Source of the DNA: Bispira polyomma
Lineage: Eukaryota
Assembly (NCBI GenBank): GCA_965649765.1
Contig: OZ287751.1
Span: 88,660,001 to 88,724,000 of the forward strand
DNA length: 64,000 nucleotides
Direction of reading: 5' to 3'
A program made the translations under genes and the position numbers. Below are positions 12,238 to 25,694 of the stretch, in pieces. How positions within the stretch are numbered: position 1 is the stretch's first letter; each line of letters starts with the position of its first letter. The notes under the pieces were generated by a model. That model made no database searches and was not told the DNA's origin. It saw only the letters and a program-made list of their open reading frames with translations.

Positions 12238-15200
12238 AATTACCCCTCTTGCCTATGTCCCTGTCTATGTCTAACAACCCAATTACCTTTCTTGCCTATG
12301 TCCCTGTCTATGTCTTACAACCCAATTACCCCTCTTGCCTATGTCCCTGTCTATGTCTTACAACCCAATTACTCCTCTTGCCTATGTCCCTGTCTATGTC
12401 TTACAACCCAATTACTCCTCTTGCCTATGTCCCTGTCTATGTCTAGCAACCCAATTACCTTTCTTGCCTATGTCCCTGTCTATGTCTTACAACCCATTTA
12501 CCCCTCTTGCCTATGTCCCTGGCTATGTCTTACAACCCAATTACTCCTCTTGCCTATGTCCCTGTCTATGTCTTACAACCCAATTACCCCTCTTGCTTAT
12601 GTCCCTGTCTATGTCTTACAACCCAATTACTCCTCTTGCCTATGTCCCTGTCTATGTCTTACAACCCAATTATCCTTCTTGCCTATGTCCCTGTCTATGT
12701 CTAACAACCTAATTACCCCTCTTGCCTATGTCCCTGTATATGTCTTACAACCCAATTACCCTTCTTGCCTATGTCCCTGTCTATGTCTTACAACCCAATT
12801 ACTCCTCTTGCCTATGTCCCTGTTTATGTCTTACAACCCAATTACCCCTTTTGCCTATGTCCCTGTCTATGTCTTACAACCCAATTACCCCTCTTGCCTA
12901 TGTCTATGTCTATGTCTTACAACCCAATTACCCCTCTTGCCTATGTCTATGTCTTACAACCCATTTACTCCTCTTGCCTATGTCCCTGTCTGTGTCTTAC
13001 AACCTACGTACCCCTTTTGCCTATGTCCCTGTCTATGTCTTACAACCCAATTACCTTTCTTGCCTATTTCCCTGTCTATGTCTTACAACCTAATTACCCC
13101 TGTTGCCTATGTCTATGTCTTACAACCCAATTACCCCTCTTGCCTATGTCCCTGTCTATGTCTTACAACCCAATTATCCTTCTTGCCTATGTCCCTGTCT
13201 ATGTCTTACAACCCAATTACCCCTCTTGACTATGTCCCTGTCTATGTCTTACATCCCATTTACCCCTCTTGCCTATGTCCCTGTCTATGTCTTACAACCC
13301 AATTACCCCTCTTGCCTATGTCCCTGTCTATGTTTAACAACCTAATTACCCCTCTTGCCTATGTCCCTGTCTATGTCTTACAACCCAATTACCCCTCTTG
13401 ACTATGTCCCTGTCTATGTCTTACAACCCATTTACCCCTATTGCCTATGTCACTGTCTATGTCTTACAACCCAATTACCCCTCTTGCCTATGTCTCTGTC
13501 TATGTCTTACAACCCAATTACCCCTCTTGCCTATGTCCCTGCCTATGTCTTACAACCCAATTATCCTTCTTGCCTATGTCCCTGTCTATGTCTAACAACC
13601 TAATTACCCCTCTTGCCTATGTCCCTGTATATGTCTTACAACCCAATTACCCTTCTTGCCTATGTCCCTGTCTATGTCTTACAACCCAATTACTCCTCTT
13701 GCCTATGTCCCTGTTTATGTCTTACAACCCAATTACCCCTTTTGCCTATGTCCCTGTCTATGTCTTACAACCCAATTACCCCTCTTGCCTATGTCTATGT
13801 CTATGTCTTACAACCCAATTACCCCTCTTGCCTATGTCTATGTCTTACAACCCATTTACTCCTCTTGCCTATGTCCCTGTCTGTGTCTTACAACCCACGT
13901 ACCCCTTTTGCCTATGTCCCTGTCTATGTCTTACAACCCAATTACCTTTCTTGCCTATTTCCCTGTCTATGTCTTACAACCTAATTACCCCTGTTGCCTA
14001 TGTCTATGTCTTACAACCCAATTACCTCTCTTGCCTATGTCCCTGTCTATGTCTTACAACCCAATTACCCCTCTTGCCTATGTCCCTGTCTATGTCTTAC
14101 AACCCAATTACCCCTCTTGACTATGTCCCTGTCTATGTCTTACATCCCATTTACCCCTCTTGCCTATGTCCCTGTCTATGTCTTACAACCCAATTACCCC
14201 TCTTGCCTATGTCCCTGTCTATGTTTAACAACCTAATTACCCCTCTTGCCTATGTCCCTGTCTATGTCTTACAACCCAATTACCCCTCTTGACTATGTCC
14301 CTGTCTATGTCTTACAACCCATTTACCCCTATTGCCTATGTCACTGTCTATGTCTTACAACCCAATTACCCCTCTTGCCTATGTCTCTGTCTATGTCTTA
14401 CAACCCAATTACCCCTCTTGCCTATGTCCCTGCCTATGTCTTACAACCCAATTACCCTTTTTGCCTATGTCCCCGTCTATGTCTTACAACCCAATTACCC
14501 CTCTTGCCTATGTCTCTGTCTATGTCTTACAACCCAATTATCCTTCTTGCCTATGTCCCTGCCTATGTCTTACAACCCAATTATCCTTCTGGCCTATGTC
14601 CCTCTCTATGTCTTACAACCCAATTACCCCTCTTGCCTATGTCCCTGTCTGTGTCTTACAACCCAATTACCCCTCTTGCCTATGTCTCTGTCTATGTCTT
14701 ACAACCCAATTATCCTTCTTGCCTATGTCCCTGTCTATGTCTTACAACCCAATTACCCCTCTTGCCTATGTCTCTGTCTATGTCTTACAACCCAATTATC
14801 CTTCTTGCCTATGTCCCTGCCTATGTCTTACAACCCAATTACCCCTCTTGACTATGTCCCTGTCTATGTCTTACATCCCATTTACCCCTCTTGCCTATGT
14901 CCCTGTCTATGTCTTACAACCCAATTACCCCTCTTGCCTATATCCCTGTCTATGTTTAACAACCTAATTGCCCCTTTTGCCTATGTCCCTGTCTATGTCT
15001 TACAACCCAATTACCCCTCTTCACTATGTCCCTGTCTATGTCTTACAACCCATTTACCCCTATTGCCTATGTCACTGTCTATGTCTTACAACCCAATTAC
15101 CCCTCTTGCCTATGTCTCTGTCTATGTCTTACAACCCAATTACCTCTGTTGCCTATGTCCCTGTCTATGTCTAACAGCCCAATTACCCCTGTTGCCTATG

Positions 15201-16672
15201 TCCCTGATTATGTCTTGCAACACAATTACCCCTGTTGCCCGTGTCCCTGTCTATGTCTTACAACCCAATCACCTTTCTTGCCTATGTCCCTGTCTATGTC
15301 TTACAACCCAATTACCCCTCTTGCCTATGTCCCTGTCTATGTCTTACAACCCAATTACTCCTCTTGCCTATGTCCCTGTCTATGTCTTACAACCCAATTA
15401 TCCTTCTTGCCTATGTCCCTGTCTATGTCTAACAACCTAATTACCCCTCTTGCCTATGTCCCTGTCTATGTCTTACAACCCAATTACCCCTCTTGCCTAT
15501 GTCCCTGTCTATGTCTTACAACCCAATTACCCCTCTTGCCTATGTCTCTGTCTATGTCTTACAACCCAATTATCCTTCTTGCCTATGTCCCTGCCTATGT
15601 CTTACAACCCAATTATCCTTCTGGCCTATGTCCCTCTCTATGTCTTACAACCCAATTACCCCTCTTGCCTATGTCCCTGTCTGTGTCTTACAACCCAATT
15701 ACCCCTCTTGCCTATGTCTCTGTCTATGTCTTACAACCCAATTATCCTTCTTGCCTATGTCCCTGTCTATGTCTTACAACCCAATTACCCCTCTTGCCTA
15801 TGTCTCTGTCTATGTCTTACAACCCAATTATCCTTCTTGCCTATGTCCCTGTCTATGTCTTACAACCCAATTACCCCTCTTGCCTATGTCTCTGTCTATG
15901 TCTTACAACCCAATTATCCTTCTTGCCTATGTCCCTGCCTATGTCTTACAACCCAATTATCCTTCTGGCCTATGTCCCTCTCTATGTCTTACAACCCAAT
16001 TACCCCTCTTGCCTATGTCCCTGTCTGTGTCTTACAACCCAATTACCCCTCTTGCCTATGTCTCTGTCTATGTCTTACAACCCAATTATCCTTCTTGCCT
16101 ATGTCCCTGTCTATGTCTTACAACCCAATTACCCCTCTTGCCTATGTCTCTGTCTATGTCTTACAACCCAATTATCCTTCTTGCCTATGTCCCTGCCTAT
16201 GTCTTACAACCCAATTATCCTTCTTGCCTATGTCCCTGTCTATGTCTAACAACCTAATTACCCCTCTTGCCTATGTCCCTGTCTATGTCTAACAGCCCAA
16301 TTACCCCTCTTGCCTATGTTCCTGATTATGTCTTGCAACACAATTACCCCTCTTGCCTATGTCCCTGTCTATGTCTTGCAACCCAATTACCCCTCTTGCC
16401 TATGTCCCTGTCTATGTCTTACAACCCAATTACCCCTCTTGCCTATGTCCCAGTCTATGTCTTACAACCCAATTACCCCTCTCGCCTATGTCCCAGTCTA
16501 TGTCTTACAACCCAATTACCCCTCTTGTCTATGTCCCTGTCTATGTCTTACAACCCAATTTCCCCTGTTGCCTATGTCCCTGTCTATGTCTTACAACCCA
16601 ATTATCCTTCTTGCCTATGTCCCTGTCTATGTCTTACAACCCAATTACCCCTGTCACTTGTGTCCCTGTCTG
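12238..16672. repeat. 43-bp minisatellite, ~103 copies, with higher-order repeats
   Basis: Consensus ttacccctcttgcctatgtccctgtctatgtcttacaacccaa, head-to-tail with no spacers; variant patterns recur at 891-bp and 344-bp offsets. Confidence 0.98.
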
Positions 16673-16744
16673 TAACAAATAGTTTATTTTGGTTTAACAT
16701 ACATTCAAACACATTTGTCATATCACAACAGGTATCATATCCCT

Positions 16745-16940
16745 GGTGGAAGCAACAGCTGTGACCAACAGCTAGGGTAGTTGGTCAAGGTATTCTGTTC
16801 TACAAATCGCTGGTGTTCAGCAAGTTTCCAAACTTGCTATTTATACCAACTTTCCGACATATAGCTGTCGGGAAGTTGATTCAAACCACGACAGTAGAGG
16901 ATCGAGACAAGTTTGTTACCACCACCCCACCAAGGCCCCA
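16745..16940 (-). mobile_element. Degenerate tRNA-derived SINE
   Basis: Minus strand ggggccttggtggggtggtggtaac..ggtttgaatc..tatgtcggaaagttggta..ccttgaccaact resembles the 61696 SINE core. Confidence 0.5.
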
Positions 16941-18399
16941 CATCTACAAAGAAAACAAAGTTAGAAAGATGATTTTTACATGAAAACCAATCCATGCATG
17001 TAAGCTCATTCTGCCTAATATATTGTCCAACTGACTACATTTCGGCTTAGGGGATTTGTCAGTTAATATGTATTTTCTATTGGAACCAAATTAGTTTCTT
17101 GAAAATTTCCGTAGTTAAATTTGAAAATAAGAACCTATCTCATCACAGTGAGTAAAAACAATACAATGGAAGAACCTTTATATCACTAATACAAGATTTC
17201 ATTACTGGAGTTCATATTTATGTCTAATATACAATTGTTTACATAATAACCTAAGAACGTCTGGTAAAGTGGTAATTCCACTGTCAAGTTCGATCAGCAA
17301 AATGGGCCCAATTTCAAAGTCAGAAAGTTTGGGCGAAAAAATCAATAAAATCCTTTTTTTTGGGGCAGGAAAATAAAAATGTGGCCCGATCTTTCCGTTC
17401 TAACTGATTGCGCCCCATTTTGACGGGACACCAACCATGATCAAACTTAAGGTCCATACTAAAACTTTCCCGTCCTACCCGACCCAGGTTAGGATCGAAC
17501 TTACTTGCAGTAGGATCTGACGTTTTGCCCCAAGTTTGAACATATCGGCAATACGATCTGACAGATTCAAGACCCAGAACATCAAGATTAAACGTCTAAA
17601 AATCAAAAGTCGGGACATTTAAAATTGCTTATAATTACCAATACTTGTTTCAAAATATATGCAAGAGGAATTTTTTATACATTTGTTTTATTTAAAGTAA
17701 ATAAAAATAAAATGATGGACTTTAAACAAAATAAACTGACAATTTAGTCTATTATCGTACCAATTAAAGTCTGTTCCAACCAATGTCCACAGGTGTATGT
17801 TTTTCCTGATCGGCCCGTTCACTCCGCTTTTGCCCCTGACCTATACGTTTTAACAGGCCAGTGTTAGGACAGGCCTGGAGTGAGATAAGACCTATCAGAC
17901 AGAACGTAATGACATTCCGTTCTAACTTATTCGGCGAAGCCGACCTTTCCGTTTTTAGACGGGGGATTTTTACAAAATTTTATACATGTTTGATATTCTT
18001 CCCGATCTTCCAGACCGCCCCCGTTTTCGCCTCCTACCTATACAAATTCGCCTTGGACATCAAAATCATGAAGGTGCTGAACCAAATCGGCAATGTGGAA
18101 CCACTATTTGAGACTCAACACACGAGAATCACTGTTACTGATGAACACAAGATAGTCCAGATAATCAGAACGATCTAATTTTAGGGCGGTAACCAAAAAG
18201 AGGAAGATACTTGCCAATCTTGAGATGTTGAAACAGCAACCTCAAGAGGTCAAGAACGACAGGTTAGAAGATTTGTAGGTGCTGCTACAAGCAGGTAGCA
18301 TTTCCCCCCTAAGTACCCGAGAGCAAACTGCTACTAGGACAGATACCTTAGCACAATATACTGGTTATATTCCTGATGCGACCGACAACCAATCTAGGC

Positions 18400-19090
18400 G
18401 TTCAGTCTTGCAAATGCTGATGAACTCATTTGCCACTGCTTTTCTGAGAGACAACCTGGCCATCCAGAAATGAGTGGAAAGACAATTGCAACAGCTTAAA
18501 GACAGCAATGACATAGTTGACTAACAAACAGATAAACAAATTAAATCAGGATTGTTCCAAAGTGGAGAACATCGAGCTCGTCTTAACTGGCTCAACAAGT
18601 TTCGCATGAGAGGTAACAAAATTGATCAGACGTAGATTTTACTCCTAATCAATGCTGCCAAGGGTTTATGGCTTGTTGATTAAGGAACCAGTAAACTGAA
18701 GAACATGCTTTTATACGGCATTCACTTGCTGCAAGATGCAGAAGAAAGCATTTGGTTCATGGCACAATCCTTACAGAAAATGTTACTCTAACAGATGGAA
18801 AAGGGTGATTTGGTTCAGTACAAGGAAGGCAATCATTCTATTAGGACACGTTATACCCAAAGATTCATCTTCCCAAACAAGTTTTATAAATCTATTAAAG
18901 GGTCCACTGAGAGAGAAGGTCTGCTTGCATTTGTCAACGAGGGGAATTGCTCTCATGATAGGATCGCAGTGATGAGGTAATTACCCAAATGCATACATGT
19001 TCGTACTGCCATGGAGCGGTTAAAAGATTCTTCAATCACCCAGAGGTGAAATGTGGGAGAAAAAAAAGAATTATCAAAAAATGAGGACAA
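18400..19090 (+). mobile_element. Highly decayed gag of a third Ngaro/DIRS-like element
   Basis: Fragments VERQLQQL..TDKQIKSG..QMEKGDLVQY..IRTRYTQR..FVNEGNCSHD..NHPEVKC align by eye to the gag proteins at 29310-30014 and 38854-39810; many stops and frameshifts. Confidence 0.7.
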
Positions 19091-19427
19091 AATATGAAGA
19101 AACAACTGTTTGGCTAATAAATGTTGTCGCAGCACAATTTGTATTAAACATATTAATATACAGCGATAAAATGTTTATTATTAAAAAAACACATGCAATT
19201 GGCTATCTAGGACTTTCTGAAATACTGATAATGTTAAAGCACAAAATAAAAACAAGCGGACCAGAAGATTTACATCAATAAATAGTATTGATAATCATAA
19301 CTTTGATTTATGTATTTAATGAACCATGTTTAGATCATGTTTTCAGGTCTACAGGTACGTGCAATGAATGTTTTTGCATTGCATGTTTAAAATGTGACAG
19401 GTTTCAATATATATCCAAAGATCAAGT

Positions 19428-21344
19428 TCAGGCAAATACAGCATGTGTACATTGTGGAATGTAAAGATAAATTGCCTCACTTGTTTCACAGTTGTCAAGA
19501 ACAATGACCAAGACTGTGTCTCTTGAATAATGTTTGAGAAGTATGTCAAACTCTAAATATTCCTGACCCCCAGCAGGGTAGTAGTACAATGGAAAATGAC
19601 CAGAATCCAAATAATACCGGGATCTATTAATTCCGTCTTATCTACCCCTGAATTTGAGCCTGATCTGGTGGTTCCGGCTGACCACCAATGCTGCCTCAGC
19701 TTCCCAGCTGGTGCCTCCATTTACAGCTTTAGGGTATACTTCCTATGGTGTTAAAAAAAAAAACATTTTCTGTTTCGTTTACAACATTGTTGATATGAGC
19801 AATAATAGCCGTAATTATAGTACAAAATCAGTGAGAAGTAGTATTTGTTCCATTACATAATGTACAACTCTCGAAAAACACCAGAACAGATTGATTGCTT
19901 TGTATATACTGTATGAAAAGTGGTAACACATATTTTCTCCTCATTGGGCTGATGATTACAAAAAAGTAATTTGTAACTTGGTACAGTAGCCTGGTAAAGG
20001 CATACATTCTTTTATTTAGTATTTTAAGTGGTTATTTTAGATATCATTATAAAGTTTGTGTTAGCATTACATTTAAATTCAAATACAATACACTGGAAGG
20101 GTACCGGAATCGGCCCAGAGCTAAAGATCGACCGTCTGGTTTGACATTCAGTATTAATATCTGAAAATACCTTTGATAAACCATATATATAATTTGCTGT
20201 TTTATTTGTTCTGAATTTCAATAGGAGACATTTTCTTCAAAACAAAAATTTTTATACAGTATGCAAACAACTTGTATTTGGTTAGCTTTATTGCCTAAAA
20301 TATTCTGTGATTTTATCTATCTTTTTCACGCGAGCTAAAAAAGATCCAAACCAAATGCGCGGGTCTATAGCCGCCATTTTTGAGATGTTCCAAGACATCT
20401 TTAAATCTTCAAGGCAAGAAAAAACAGTTGTAATCACATCTGATACAGTTTAATAATAAACAATAAACCAAAGTGTGTCAGTCAAATTGACTGCAGAGGT
20501 AGAGAGTCTGAAGAAAATGGCTGTCCTTACTTCAGGAGAAACAAAGCTACTGTAGGGATTGGTGTACAGGTCAATCACTAGATCCAGAGACTTTGTGTAT
20601 AGAAACTGAACTGCCAACAAAGAGATCTTCAAAATTGTTATCAATTGTGTGGAACGTTTTGTAGATTGTTACAACTATTTTGCCAGATAGAACGTTGAAT
20701 GTGTTTAACTTGAGGATAAAATCCTGATAACACTGATGAAAACTCGGGTAAAATTATACTAGCTTCCATTTGGCACATTTTTTTTAGTGCAGCACATCTA
20801 CTATCATTAAAACATTGTGCTATCGTTTGTTCATCTCCTACACAAAATAAATAAAATATTGTTTGAAGATGCAATAAAAAATGTCCAGTCATGACACAAA
20901 ACGTAACCTCCATATTTGAATCTTTCTCAGTATTTGTAAACTTGTAACTGTTGGGCTTGAGTAATTTGAAGCTTCTCTAAGAGGAATTCTTGTTTTAACT
21001 CATGCTCAATAAAATCCTTGCTTAAAATTTTTTCCTCAATACTTGAAATAGGGAGGGCTTGGACGGTAGGCTCTCGTTAAGGAATTGAGGCCATGTCTGT
21101 AAAATGATATTTTTACGATCCTGGTAAACACTTGTACGGTTTTCCTCTGTAATGTCCCTTGCCAGTGGGTCATAGTTGACAGGTGGTAGATCTCATCTAC
21201 AGCCTTGTTTTTTTTTCTAAGAGCATTCAATGTCTGTCCCACCCAGGTTTTACACAGCATGTATCGTCAAATCCGCAGTGTGGCTGCACTTGTACATGGA
21301 CATTAAAACTGAGTGCTTTAAATATCATTTTCTACTAAGTACAC
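19428..21344 (-). pseudogene. Decayed protein-coding gene, possibly DEATH-fold containing
   Basis: Acceptors at 21345 and 19743. Protein-like frames broken by stops, e.g. DPLARDITEENRTSVYQDRKNIILQTWPQFLNESLPSKPSLFQVLRKK (21192-21025). Confidence 0.35.
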
Positions 21345-21670
21345 CTGAAAATTGTCAAATTAAATTGATATTTTTGACAAACATATGAAGTAAACATAAA
21401 GTTTATATTGACACAGTTCTTGCTGCAGACAGGGGTCCCAGAAACCATGCAAAAACATGTATCTAGTGTGAAGATTCATGAGGTGGACATTAAAGGCAGG
21501 CTATCAAACAGCGGAATAATTAATTGAAATAAAATAACAATATCAATATTACAAACAGTTCTGCACAAAAATTTGATTACAAATTTCAAAAAATCTATTT
21601 AATACTACTACTAAACAGTAGAACTACCACAGCTATTTAGTCAATCATATTAAATTCTATACAATACAGG

Positions 21671-23530
21671 ATGACTTCTAAAATTCACACACCGGCAAAG
21701 GTAAGCAAATATTTTTATCTAAGATTGTCAAATGTTTGTTGTACTAATTTAATGTGTGTTTTTCTGATTAAAATATTGGCATATTACTAGTTAATATAAT
21801 CTTCACGGATGCACATTTTTTTTCAGATTGTGTTGATATCTCTGCTTCTCCTATTAATATGGCACTGGGTGATGCCTCCTGAGATGCTTTATAATAATGA
21901 TAGTATGCAAAGAGTGGTGCCATCTGGATCAGGTTATTTATTTTTTTATTTCTCTCACTCAAAGTGCATGAATAAGAACAATATTACAATTACAGGTCAT
22001 GTACGATAATCACACAAGTTGTGCTTTAAAGGAAATAATTTAAAAAAAAACTAACTTTAAGTTAGTAATTTATAAAAAGCACAGATATTTGGTATACACA
22101 TATAATGATGACATTTAATCCTATAGATGCATATGAAAAATGTAATGGGCTTATCCATCCATCAATGTCATACTTACATTATCTGAATTCTGACCTTAGT
22201 GACATTTCAACAATTTACAGATAAATAAAAGTTGTATGTTTCCTTCAATTAAAGTTGATATATTTTATTGTGTTTTTTTTCAGCTACTGCAATGCACTTG
22301 GAACAGTTTATGCAAAATGATAATCAACCAGTCAAAGGAAACCAAACATGTGAACCACATAGGCACATCTTCTATCACAAAATACCTAAAACTGGTAGCT
22401 CTACATTTACAAGCATACTTAGTAGAATGATACTGAAACACAACTTGACCACATTTATGATGGATAGGCAATATCCTCACCCAAACCAAGTGCTTGCAAA
22501 ATTATTACATACAAAAAATACAGTGGAATCTAGGTTTGATATGCAGGTTAATCACGGAATATTTGATCTGCAACTTCTGGAAAAGGTTATGCAACATGAC
22601 ACAGTTTATATATCAACAATCAGACATCCTTATAGACATTTTGTGTCTCGTTTCTTCTATCATTATAAAAAGGAATCATTGGATTTCCGTGTAAACGAAT
22701 TTGAGAAAATTCTTCTGACAAGTTATTTCAAAAATGATACAAACATCTTTACATTTCGGGATGCCCATTATAATTATCTGGCCAATTCAATGTTCCAATA
22801 TTTTCAGTTTAATATGAATGAAGCTACAAAGAATGCCACTTACTTTAAAGAGTGCGTAAAACTCATAGAATCTTGGTTTACAGTAATTATCACTGATAGA
22901 TATGACGAGAGCTTGTTGTTGCTAAAGCATAAGCTCTGCTGGAATATAAAAGATATTATTTTCATTCCACATAAAAATGCATCATTTGCTGACAAAAGTA
23001 GAAAGCCCACAGAAGAAGGGATCCTATATGAAAAGCATAAACAAATCTTTAGACTCGATTATGAATTATATGATCACTTTTTGGATATCCACAAACAGGA
23101 AATACAAGCAGCTGGGGAAGAATTTCATGAAGAACTACAAGAATATCAAAGAATAAAATTGGAGGCAAGTTCTTTTTGCTGGAACATTTACTCACAACTA
23201 CAAAACAGTGAAATACAAGGAGATGTCGTCTCTTCTCTATTTTCTCAGAAGTTGGTTTTTGGTAATGGGAAATTTTGGGATACATTTTCCATTAATGGCA
23301 GTGACTGTGTTATAATGGCCATGTGTGAAGTCGATCTTTATAATGCCAGAATAGCACTCAATTATCCAATACTATGTGGTACAAAATCTACGAGAATACG
23401 CATTAATCATCATTTTTGTGCTACTGAATATGTTAACAAGACTGATGTGTTTGCTTATGACAATGTCTATTTTCCTTATTCTAAGATGAGGAAGTTGCTT
23501 CTGTGTGATTTAACTGTAACATATTCTTAA
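21671..23530 (+). CDS. GAL3ST: Galactose-3-O-sulfotransferase family, type II Golgi membrane protein (~460 aa)
   Basis: Exons 21671-21700, 21827-21932 (TM IVLISLLLLLIWHWV) and 22284-23530 join in frame with GT-AG. PAPS-binding motifs HKIPKTGSSTF and IRHPYRHFVSRFFY; family motifs DESLLLLKHKLCW and DYELYDHF. Confidence 0.92.
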
Positions 23531-24203
23531 CCTACTGATGAAGTGTGGCTCTATTGCCCTTAGTCTTAGAAGAGAAAGTTCCTTCTGTGTGGTTTAACTG
23601 TGACATACTCTTAACCTACTGATGAAGTGTAGCTCTATTTCCCTTAGTCTTAGAAGAGAGACATCCTTCTGTCTGGTTTAACTGTGACATATTCTTAACT
23701 ATTGGTGAAGTGTGGCTCTATTACCCTTAGTCTTAGAAGAAAGACTTCCTTCTGTGTGGTTTAACTGTGACATACTCTTAACCTACTGATGAAGTTTGGC
23801 TCTATTTCCCTTAGTCTTAGCAGAGAAAGTTTCTTCTGTATGGTTTAATTGAAACATATTCTTAACCTACTGGTGAAGTGTGGCTCTATTTCCCTTAGTC
23901 TTATAAGAGAAAGTTCCTTCTGTGTGATTTAACTGTAACATATTCTTAACCTACTGGTGAAGTGTGGCTCTATTTCCCTTAGTCTTAGAAGAGAAAGTTC
24001 CTTCTGTGTGATTTAACTGTGAAATACTCTTAACCTACTGATAAAGTGTGGCTCTATTTCCCTTAGTCTTGTAAGAGAAAGTTCCTTCTGTGTGATTTAA
24101 CTGTAACATATTCTTAACCTACTGGTGAAGTGTGGCTCTATTTCCCTTAGTCTTATAAGAGACTTCCTTCTGTCTGATTTAATTGTAACATATTCTTAAC
24201 CTA
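23464..24203. repeat. 84-bp tandem repeat (~9 copies) starting inside the GAL3ST C-terminus
   Basis: ctctatt recurs at 23549, 23633, 23716, 23800, 23884, 23968, 24052 and 24136. The first unit is the last ~22 codons plus the TAA. Confidence 0.95.
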
Positions 24204-25694
24204 TTGCTTAACTATTGCTCTTACTGTAAAAGTGCATATGTAAACAGTTCAATATAAATATTGCTATTAGCAAAGGGAGGTGTAAATCCTGAAATATATT
24301 AAATATTTACAAAGGAATCATTACATCCTTTTGATCACCCAACAACAGGTTCAAGATGTCACACATAGCACAAAAAGTGAAGAGTAGTGCACAGTGGTTT
24401 CCTGCATTGTTGTGTCTGTGTGTGCCATATTTGACCATTCATGCTTGGCCCCGGTCCCTTACTAGGCGACACCAGGGTAGCTATAGAAGAATCCTTTTAT
24501 TATATACAGCAATTTAGATATTTAGTTGTGCAGTGCAACCAGCTAAAAATCATTGCATATAGAACTTTCAAAAACCATTTGGACAGAGCCAAAAAAATTC
24601 AAAATTCAAAGGCAGAGAAAATATTTTTAGTTAAAAAAACTGTAGCTAAATAATGGGTTCACATACAACTGTTGGCTGTAAAACATCAATATAAATGACA
24701 GTAAATTAATATAAATATCATAAAAGAATTTTTATGACAAACAGTTCAAATTTGCAGGAAATTATAATAAAATCTTCCGTTATAGAATGTTTGCTATAAA
24801 TTTTCTTGCGCTACAGTATTAATTTTATATTGGCGGTTTAAAATCTCAGAAACCATTTAATGCGGTTATAAAGACATTCTGTTAAAAATATTGAAATAAC
24901 TGCCAGAGGGTAAATAAAGCTGAAGACTGGTGTTATTTATTTTTAAATGTGCATGTATACAAATCGTTGGATGTATATTTTGTAATACGTAGAATGGGAA
25001 TAAAAAGAATGAATCAATACTGATTCAGAACTATTTACATCAATAGAAAAAGAGCACTTCCCCATCACTTTGTATGATTTTGATTTGCAGCATCTAAGTT
25101 ACTCTCTGCTTAGAAAAATGTTTTGTATTCTTTGTGTTTATAAAACAATAAAACATAGAAAGTTACATAACATTTTCTAAAGTATAGTAGTGTATAGTGT
25201 TTGTATAGATGCTGGATAAATAGCCACATTGTGTCACAACACAAACACTTTCTCTTGAAAGTAAAACTTGTTTTCAAATAGGACATTTCTAGATCGATTG
25301 GAATTTGTGTGACATCACAATACCCAGTCTACGATATGCCTGTTTTAATCATTGTGGAGCTAACTAATTGAGTTTTTTTAAAGTCTTCCACATATAAAAT
25401 TAATGAACGTCTGAATAAAAAAAAAACACTTTATAAGGCTATCGTGTAGGACCTGTTAATGTGTACGTAAGAAGCAGTCCAATTGCTAAGATGTGAAGTT
25501 AAGTGAAGTTAGGGTAGTTGTCTAGTGGTTGCTTACACTATAGGATGAAGTGAAGTTTGGTAAGTCAGTAAAACTCTGATTTAAGGATTTTATTTATTAC
25601 AAGTTAGTAAATAAATGTATATACAAGTACAGATAAAAGGTCACAAAATTATAAAATTTTAAAAATTATTTGAAATTTTGACACCCAAGCCCAA

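Noticed and set aside
12238-16672. Many long ORFs and a CRISPR-like look in the 43-bp array
   Set aside because: There are no unique spacers and no cas genes. The ORFs arise in all three frames because the monomer lacks stops, and the period is not a multiple of 3.
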